DNA from: Candidatus Nomurabacteria bacterium
GTDB taxonomy: Bacteria; Patescibacteriota; Dojkabacteria; SC72; JAHDCA01
Assembly: GCA_020632375.1 (NCBI GenBank)
Contig: JACKFR010000003.1
Span: forward strand, 1,546 to 65,545
DNA length: 64,000 nt
Direction: 5' to 3'
The position numbers were made by a program, and so were the translations under genes. Shown piece after piece: positions 29,164-36,354 of this stretch. The stretch's first letter is position 1; each line of letters starts with the position of its first letter. The notes beneath the pieces are model-generated. The model was given only the letters and a program-made list of their open reading frames with translations, had not been told where the DNA came from and searched no databases.

Positions 29164-30225
29164 TTATTGTGCGGGTACATATACAACATCAGGATCTATC
29201 GCATTTGCATATATTACAATTGGGACTTTAAACTGAGAACCACCAAAAGTAATCTCGCCAGTACAATCGATTCTGTAAACTGGAGTGAGTTTTTTAAACC
29301 CGAGGCGATTAAATAAATAAACTACATTTACTGCATCGGCTGTACATGAAGTTGCTTCGGGAATTTCAAAATCCGGCGGCGGATCACCGTTGAAATCACC
29401 ATTTTCATCATACGGATTATAACCGAAATTAGTAATATCCAACCCGATAGGAAATCCTTGATTAAAATCTTTTGGATAATCTTTACGCAAAAGGTAGGAG
29501 CCTAAATCTGCAACAGGAACAAGAGCTGTTTCTATTGCACTTGAGCTATCAATTGTAAAAAGAGTAACGCTACCTTCTACTATGTCTCCGTCTTCCTGGA
29601 CAATAATATAATCAGAATATTTAGAAGATCCTGGCCTTTCAAGTGGAATATCATTAACTACCCTATTTGCTTCGACTCGGTATCCTTCAGAAACTGTGGT
29701 GATATTGAAATTGGTGAATTTAAAATCATTCTTGAAATACTCGTTTATAAACTCAGTAAAAAAATTAGGAAGAGTATCTCTTGTAACAAAAGAAGTCCCC
29801 AGTTTGCTTGGTGTCGCAGGATTCTCAAACCGGAAGAATACATCGTCAAAGATTCGGTTATATTCAACCAGATAGTAGTCTTCTGTAGGTGAATCTTTCC
29901 AATAAACTAGGTCTGTTCCAAGAGCTTCTTTTTGCAATAACCCTTTCCCGATTGAAGAAAGAAATTGTGCAATAACATCTGTTCGATCAATCTCTTCGAT
30001 ATCGTATACGGATAGTTTGTCTACAAGATCTTGAGGTTGATTATCAACAGGGATGTCTACAGATACCTGAATATCAGTGCCTAATGGCTGATCTACACTG
30101 CCCGGCTCAAGTTTTGGCTTCGGTTTAAGAAGAATATAAGCGATAATTCCAAGAACCGCAGTGACAATTATAACTGCGGCGATAATGAGGTTTTTTCTAT
30201 TTTGAAAATTTTCAGGCAGATTCAT
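29164..30225 (-). CDS. hypothetical N-terminally anchored extracytoplasmic protein
   Basis: Single TM LIIAAVIIVTAVLGIIAYILL. No family recognised. Starts 4 nt after the upstream gene's stop. Confidence 0.6.
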   Translation of the reverse strand: MNLPENFQNRKNLIIAAVIIVTAVLGIIAYILLKPKPKLEPGSVDQPLGTDIQVSVDIPVDNQPQDLVDKLSVYDIEEIDRTDVIAQFLSSIGKGLLQKEALGTDLVYWKDSPTEDYYLVEYNRIFDDVFFRFENPATPSKLGTSFVTRDTLPNFFTEFINEYFKNDFKFTNFNITTVSEGYRVEANRVVNDIPLERPGSSKYSDYIIVQEDGDIVEGSVTLFTIDSSSAIETALVPVADLGSYLLRKDYPKDFNQGFPIGLDITNFGYNPYDENGDFNGDPPPDFEIPEATSCTADAVNVVYLFNRLGFKKLTPVYRIDCTGEITFGGSQFKVPIVIYANAIDPDVVYVPAQ

Positions 30226-30229
30226 ATTT

Positions 30230-33200
30230 TTACCTCGGACAATGGATATTACAATTCAAGTCATTATACCAACTCTCGGAATTTGTCCATCCTCCTCCCG
30301 ATTTTGTATCTAAATGAAGATGAGCACCGCTCCAACACTTACTCGGTGGAAGTCCGCCCTGCATAGTTGCGACAACACTTCCTTGAGTAACTGGACCCAC
30401 AGAAGCAACTGGGCGAACATGGAACAATCTATAAGTATTTCCACTGGAATCTTGGAAGAGAACTTCCCCACCTCTTGATTTTCCAGGATCCCACTCACAA
30501 GTTACGTCTACGGCTGCATGCAAAACTCTACCGTCAGTAGGTGCAACCCATGTCCCCGAAGATACATCTACCGCAAATGTACCCATTTTTGCGTGTGAAA
30601 ATCTTCCAAATGGACCCTGCATACATCTTGCTCCAACTGTAATCGGACAAATTGCATCCTGAGGTGCACTTGCAATAATTGGCGAAGAAGAGCCATCTTC
30701 CAGATATCCGCCTCCACCCACAACAGGTGGTTGTCCTCTATGCGGATTTACACTATTAATTAATGAGAATCCCCATCCACCACACATAGTCAAGATAAAG
30801 AAAAGTAGCATTATACCTCCAAGCAAAGCATTTCCGCCGAGGACATAAAATGGCTTTGCAACTTTCCATAGAACTTTTACAACAACATCTGTAACTATCC
30901 AGACGAGGACAGTTCCTAATGGGCCTGCGACTGCAATTCCAAGGCCTTCAAGCGCAAGCCGCACACCAACTTCTATTAATTCAAGTAAACCAATACTTTT
31001 AGCCATAAACTGATTAACCTTTGCTCGCCAAACAGGATTTTTAGACAAGGCGCTAAGGCCAGACTCAATCATTTTGCGGAAACCAGCTGCAACACGATTG
31101 TCAGCAAGAAGCTTTTTCATAAGATTCGAATACACAGTTTGAGGAGCAGAAAAAACTTGATGGATTTTTGCAAAGCGATCAACTGTTCCTTGTCTTCTCA
31201 GCATCTTTTTAGCGACATCGTCAAAAGGAGTTCCTTGCAGAGCATCAAATATTTCAATGTAATTTTCTGCAAACTTTGTATAATCATCAGGGGTTTTGAA
31301 TCCTTTTAGTCCCTTGATCGGGTTGGCTTGTAAATATGTATCGAGAGCATTTCTATCAACAGTTTTAAAGAAACTTCGAAGCATAGCACGACGCCTCATC
31401 TCTGCCATATAAAGAAATGCTTCGCCATTCCACGCAAAGGTTTTTAACAAACTTCCTGGTGTTACATAGTAAACATTAGCAAGAGCCATCCAAGCAGGGT
31501 TTAATGGGCCGAGTCCCCGCATAAGACGATCATCACGGGGCATTACAAGAAAGCCGGCCGCAGATTTAATCTCAGGGTTACCACTTTTATCTTTTGAACG
31601 ATACTTTACAGCAACGCCGCCTGGTGCTGCAGGAGAGATAGGGCTTCCACCGAAATAAAGTGCACCAGTAAACAGACCGGACATAAAACTGCTTACTGTC
31701 ATATCCCCTCTAGATCTGTAGAGCAACGTCATATTCGCTGCAAGTAATCGCATGTTTGTGCCGGGAACCTGATGAAGGCCTCTGTTTTTAAGATGGTAAA
31801 GGTGCTCTAGGCGGAAGGTGTTTACTCTGGAAAAAGCCGAACCTTGATCTTGTCTTAATCTCTCTAATCTTCTAATTTCTGAATCAAGTTCAAGATTAGC
31901 AGCTTTTTGAATCATCTTTCGATCATCGGAGCGCGGCAAACCAGCACTAAAAGTAGGCCTCCAATAAATTTCATCACCCATCTTATTGAGATTCGCTCTG
32001 TACTCAGTATTTTTAGCTTCAACTTTTTCAAGCTCAGATTTGATTGTTTTTAAATCATTGACATAAGCAGTTCCCCAGCCCTTGGCATTCGCTTCTGCAA
32101 TTTTTGCATCTATTCGACTATAAGCACTTTTATAATCTATTGCCCCAAACGCCTGTGGGTTTCTGATCCGATTGAAAATATCTATAACATTAGCAGCTTT
32201 TGCATACTTTTTAGCGGCAGCCATATCTCCTCTTTGTTCTGCGAGTTGAGCCTTTAAGAACAGCTGCTCTTGATGAATAGACCTAAACCCAAAGCTGTTT
32301 AACATACCATCAACTGTATAGCTCCCTTTTCTGGATGCTGTAATTGTGTCTTCGAAGCTTTGCGCAATTTGCTGAGATTCGGTTGCAGTAAATCCCTTTG
32401 ATTGAAGCTCACTAATAATTTCACCTCTTTTTGCATTCACGTTCGGATAAGCAGTCATCTTCTGGTTAAAACGGGCTTGAAGGGCAGGTAGGATTGCTGT
32501 TTCTTCTGGTTTTAGTGGCTTTCCTTGAGCAGCTCTCTTTAATATGTCTGCTTCACCAGCTTCAAACTGATTCAGGATGAGATCTCTGTAGGAGCCTTGG
32601 CTAGAAAAAAAACCTGCGACATCAAACTTGCCGCCTTTTCCAATTGCCTTAGATATTGCACGACTCGCTTTTCTAATTGCTTTGGGGTCATTTGCAATCG
32701 CACCGTTTAACGATGCTGATAATGCTGCGTTACTTGCCACCATTTCAACAGCTTGGCTCTGATTCGAAGCAGAGATATCTTCCTTAGAAGACGTCATAAC
32801 CTTTATAACTTCACTCATCGGCAAACCAGAACGTTTAGCCCACGCTCCAGCAATTGCATTGTCAAGAATTCCGCCACCTCCACCGATGCGCGCCCATTTC
32901 CTCTCTTCTTCAGCCCCCTTAAAAACTTTCTCTACATAAGCATTAGGGTCTTGCATAAATTTAGTAAGCTCTTTACCTCTCACCCTAAAACGTCCTGCAG
33001 AATTATCAGATGCAGGATTCAAACGAGTATCGATGATGTCAGGGAAAATCTTGATAAGAGCTTCATCTCCAAGCGTAGCGTTTAAAGAATCTAGAAGAGG
33101 GCCCGTAAGATAATTAGACGGCGCTGCCGCAAGAGCTGCCATAGCAGCTGCAACATCGTCCGTTGGACTCAATCCAGTAGGCCTTACAGGCCTAAGAGGA

Positions 33201-33283
33201 CGGGAATCACTTTTTGCCTTCTCGAAAAGAAAGTCAAATATCGACGATAGGGCATCTTCATATTCTTTCTGTCTACCTGCCAT
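30230..33283 (-). CDS. giant membrane protein: ~740-aa signal-less helical N-domain, TM bundle, C-terminal M23/LAS-type peptidase
   Basis: No N-terminal signal. Hydrophobic block is GIAVAGPLGTVLVWIVTDVVV...LGGIMLLFFILTMCGGWGF. The C-terminus FSHAKMGTFAVDV...VAPTDGRVL...GAHLHLD fits the LAS-family H..D / HxH pattern. Confidence 0.6.
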   Translation of the reverse strand: MAGRQKEYEDALSSIFDFLFEKAKSDSRPLRPVRPTGLSPTDDVAAAMAALAAAPSNYLTGPLLDSLNATLGDEALIKIFPDIIDTRLNPASDNSAGRFRVRGKELTKFMQDPNAYVEKVFKGAEEERKWARIGGGGGILDNAIAGAWAKRSGLPMSEVIKVMTSSKEDISASNQSQAVEMVASNAALSASLNGAIANDPKAIRKASRAISKAIGKGGKFDVAGFFSSQGSYRDLILNQFEAGEADILKRAAQGKPLKPEETAILPALQARFNQKMTAYPNVNAKRGEIISELQSKGFTATESQQIAQSFEDTITASRKGSYTVDGMLNSFGFRSIHQEQLFLKAQLAEQRGDMAAAKKYAKAANVIDIFNRIRNPQAFGAIDYKSAYSRIDAKIAEANAKGWGTAYVNDLKTIKSELEKVEAKNTEYRANLNKMGDEIYWRPTFSAGLPRSDDRKMIQKAANLELDSEIRRLERLRQDQGSAFSRVNTFRLEHLYHLKNRGLHQVPGTNMRLLAANMTLLYRSRGDMTVSSFMSGLFTGALYFGGSPISPAAPGGVAVKYRSKDKSGNPEIKSAAGFLVMPRDDRLMRGLGPLNPAWMALANVYYVTPGSLLKTFAWNGEAFLYMAEMRRRAMLRSFFKTVDRNALDTYLQANPIKGLKGFKTPDDYTKFAENYIEIFDALQGTPFDDVAKKMLRRQGTVDRFAKIHQVFSAPQTVYSNLMKKLLADNRVAAGFRKMIESGLSALSKNPVWRAKVNQFMAKSIGLLELIEVGVRLALEGLGIAVAGPLGTVLVWIVTDVVVKVLWKVAKPFYVLGGNALLGGIMLLFFILTMCGGWGFSLINSVNPHRGQPPVVGGGGYLEDGSSSPIIASAPQDAICPITVGARCMQGPFGRFSHAKMGTFAVDVSSGTWVAPTDGRVLHAAVDVTCEWDPGKSRGGEVLFQDSSGNTYRLFHVRPVASVGPVTQGSVVATMQGGLPPSKCWSGAHLHLDTKSGGGWTNSESWYNDLNCNIHCPR

Positions 33284-33301
33284 CTTGATTTATGAACTTT
33301 A

Positions 33302-34762
33302 TTAAGCGAATGCCGAACCGAATATCGGTAGCTTACCAAATGCACCTTTCGCCGCACCTTTGAACGCCTCGGCAGAGCCTTTACCACCTGCAAGAGGTAT
33401 AAAGTCGTCCAACATTTTAGGAACTTCTGCTGCAACGTAAAACATATAAACAGTAATTGCTGCTTTTGCTATTCCTGCAACAATCCCCGATGCGGTAGCT
33501 GGTGCAGTTGCAAGATTCCCCCCGGCAAGACCTGTCGGAAAACCAAAAGTTACCGGACTATTAAAAATATACAGCCCCAGATTTACAAAAAAGAATGCAA
33601 GGGGAAAGGTCAAAACGTTTCTTACAATCCTCTTAAACCAGTCACCACTCATTTTTGACTGACCAGGAATTACTCCAATTGCAATAATCAGCGGCGCAAG
33701 GCCCGTATCGATAATTATCCCAATATAAGCTTTAAGAAGAGTAAACCAAACTTTAATTGATGCTGTTGCAACGATACCCACAACCAAAAGCGCAATCAAA
33801 AGCCCAAGAACGCCGACAATAGCGACACCTGCTGCTCCTGCGATCCCGGCACTAAGCATTAAACCACCAACAATACTCATAATCAAACCTGCTACGCCGG
33901 AAATACCAACTCCCTTAAACCAGTCTAGTCCAAGAATAGCTGCTTTAAAGATTGAAAACGGCCCATCAACGAGGATTCCACTTGCAGGGTTTGAAAGGCC
34001 GAGGATAGATGCTGCGACATTTACAAGCATCGCGCCAAGATTCATTACCAAACCTACTATTGCAAAGCTCATTGTGACAAGAATGAGGCCAAATACTACA
34101 CTTGGGATTGTATTAAGCACAGTGACAGCCATTTGTCCGCCAATCTTGTGGCGGAACATTATCATGAAGCCGGCTACAATTAAGGCCACGACGAAAAGGA
34201 TATACGCTATTACACTAGTCGACTGCCACAATGTATCTATGCCTACAGAGGTAAGATACGCATATCCATCCTGAGCGTACACTGAAGTGTCTGAAGTTTT
34301 ATTAGCACCCGGAACCCACTGTGCGTACATATGCTCATACACATTTTCTGTTGGTGGGTTATACAGCAAGGCTGTCATATTGGAATCTATAAGAGTAACA
34401 AGCCCAGTTTTTACTTGCGGGTTAATATCAGGATCATTCTGAAGTGCTTCGTAGTTACTATATGCCTCCGGCAAAACGGCTTGTAAAACTGCGTCCAAGC
34501 CACCGACTATTTGAGTAGTTGAAATATTTCCAGCATCAAGACCTGGGTCTCCGGTGAGCTTATCGCTTTTTTGGTTCTCTGCTTGAAAAGTCGCAGTGGG
34601 ATCAAGTGTCGCCGGAGGCAAAGTGTCTTCTTGTGCGTAAACGCTAAGCGAGTTAAAAGTAATAAACAAGACAAAAACATACAAGAAAAATCTCCTTAAA
34701 TTTTTCTTGTTCTTTATTATCTCCGAAACAGATTTCACTCCTTCATATGTAGTCAGTATCAT
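33302..34762 (-). CDS. Gly/Ala-rich polytopic membrane protein with VirB6/TrbL-like topology
   Basis: Signal/TM, then a ~150-aa extracytoplasmic segment, then at least 6 Gly-rich TM helices (e.g. GVAGLIMSIVGGLMLSAGIAGAAGVAIVGVLGLLIALLVVGIV). Family assignment is inference only. Confidence 0.45.
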   Translation of the reverse strand: MILTTYEGVKSVSEIIKNKKNLRRFFLYVFVLFITFNSLSVYAQEDTLPPATLDPTATFQAENQKSDKLTGDPGLDAGNISTTQIVGGLDAVLQAVLPEAYSNYEALQNDPDINPQVKTGLVTLIDSNMTALLYNPPTENVYEHMYAQWVPGANKTSDTSVYAQDGYAYLTSVGIDTLWQSTSVIAYILFVVALIVAGFMIMFRHKIGGQMAVTVLNTIPSVVFGLILVTMSFAIVGLVMNLGAMLVNVAASILGLSNPASGILVDGPFSIFKAAILGLDWFKGVGISGVAGLIMSIVGGLMLSAGIAGAAGVAIVGVLGLLIALLVVGIVATASIKVWFTLLKAYIGIIIDTGLAPLIIAIGVIPGQSKMSGDWFKRIVRNVLTFPLAFFFVNLGLYIFNSPVTFGFPTGLAGGNLATAPATASGIVAGIAKAAITVYMFYVAAEVPKMLDDFIPLAGGKGSAEAFKGAAKGAFGKLPIFGSAFA

Positions 34763-34785
34763 TTCTTCCGAATAGTTAAATTAAT

Positions 34786-36267
34786 TTATAAACAACCACC
34801 TGCATTCTGACAGTTTGCCTGATACACAACATTATTAAACCACTCGTCAAATGAGACTAATTGGTTCGGTCCGTTTTCTGCAGCATTTCTTTCATACTCA
34901 GCTTTATACACGGACATATCCCATAGGCAAGGTATATCTATAACTTTTGTATAGTTAACTCTTATCTGACAAGATGTTTTTACATAGAAAGGTGTCGCTC
35001 GAGGCTCAGAAGAGCTGTCTGGCAAACCACTAATCTTATGCTCATCATCTCCAGGTACATCATTAATATTCCTAATTGTATCAGAAAGCTTTATCCCACA
35101 CTGGCCATCTTTGCAATCATATGAAGATCCATTCAGGGCATCAATCTTTACACCAAAAATAGTCGTAGCCTGGCAATTAGGAGATGAGGGGTTTGTAGTA
35201 CATTCGGCTGCATTTTGTGCAGAGACTGTAATTGCTTTGGCAAAATCAGAAACACTTCTCTTGCTTAAGCAGCCAACATAGTGACTTGCTTGAATTTCCG
35301 GAACAGTTGTAAGATTTACCGAAGTCGCAGAACAGATATCTCCGCTATAATTTCTTGTATACGACACTGAGTTTGGTGAGTAAGTTGCACCTAAGTACCC
35401 ACCAGACCCTGCAGGAGTGTTACTCGCAGAGGTATTACAATTTTCATCTCGCTGCGGATCGCAGTCTATTTGGAAACTCACGGTATTCTTATCATTACAG
35501 CCCTCACCACCATCAACACATGCGTTGGGACGGTAGCTTGATTTAACATCTGAAGAGAATAGATTTTCAGCATCTTGTGCATCACCTGGCCCATAATAAC
35601 CCAACGGCGAAAGCCAGCTCTGACTATAATCAGGATTATCTTGAGCCTGAAGCTTTGACCCGAAAAGGTCTCCGATCGCTGGGTAAAAGTAGTACTCTAC
35701 GCTTGTATGTTTTGTAGAAGCAATTTCACGTCTGTCTTTAAAGTATTTTTCTGCTTCATTAAGGGTCCTTCCACCTAATGCAATTTTTTCACTCATGCCA
35801 TTTATAAGCCCCCCCGGATAAGTAACTTTCCACAACTCAAGAACAACATTATTTCGTATGGTAACGGATCCGTCCGCATTTTTACTCGCAGCAGAATTAA
35901 CACCAATACTATATTCAGCTGATCCGGTTACACACACTGGTTGAAGTTCATACCTACGTCCATCATTACACCCCGTAGGGCTGAAGTCTATCTGAGGAGA
36001 AGTCGGACTAACATTTGCTTGTAACACCTCTCCGCTTGAACTAGCTAACTCAGATACAGGTCGTGGATCCAATGCAATAAGATCTGAGGATGACGAGCGT
36101 ATAGAACTATTTGCAGATAGATCATTTGGCTGAGCAATAACAGTGGAGTCTTGTTTCAGATACCAAACACCGGCAACTAGCAGGCAGGCCAAAAAGAGAA
36201 AGGCCGTCGCTGCTACTTTATTTTTTATTTCGGGGCTGGTTTTGTAGAATCTAGAAGGTACTAACAT
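34786..36267 (-). CDS. N-anchored secreted protein with 16 extracytoplasmic Cys
   Basis: N-terminal TM AATAFLFLACLLVAGVWYL. Cys counted by hand, in pairs such as CVDGGEGC, CDPQRDENC, CKDGQC and CQNAGGC. Confidence 0.6.
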   Translation of the reverse strand: MLVPSRFYKTSPEIKNKVAATAFLFLACLLVAGVWYLKQDSTVIAQPNDLSANSSIRSSSSDLIALDPRPVSELASSSGEVLQANVSPTSPQIDFSPTGCNDGRRYELQPVCVTGSAEYSIGVNSAASKNADGSVTIRNNVVLELWKVTYPGGLINGMSEKIALGGRTLNEAEKYFKDRREIASTKHTSVEYYFYPAIGDLFGSKLQAQDNPDYSQSWLSPLGYYGPGDAQDAENLFSSDVKSSYRPNACVDGGEGCNDKNTVSFQIDCDPQRDENCNTSASNTPAGSGGYLGATYSPNSVSYTRNYSGDICSATSVNLTTVPEIQASHYVGCLSKRSVSDFAKAITVSAQNAAECTTNPSSPNCQATTIFGVKIDALNGSSYDCKDGQCGIKLSDTIRNINDVPGDDEHKISGLPDSSSEPRATPFYVKTSCQIRVNYTKVIDIPCLWDMSVYKAEYERNAAENGPNQLVSFDEWFNNVVYQANCQNAGGCL

Positions 36268-36354
36268 AAGAACGGCTTATCTAAAGATAACCGATTTTAC
36301 AATTAAATAGGTTCGGTGTATAGGGAGAAAACCTGCTCTAATGGCAATCTGCAG

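Noticed and set aside
27914-33283. Prophage remnant interpretation (tape-measure-like M23 giant plus endolysin-like amidase/SH3b)
   Set aside because: No capsid, portal, terminase, integrase or att-like repeats are nearby. The amidase-like protein has a signal peptide and degenerate catalytic residues. Neighbouring genes are membrane proteins in one tight operon.
33184-33435. 83-aa minus-strand ORF spanning the junction of the polytopic and M23 genes
   Set aside because: It overlaps the ends of two long, better-supported ORFs in another frame, and its Arg/Lys-rich sequence is junk-like.
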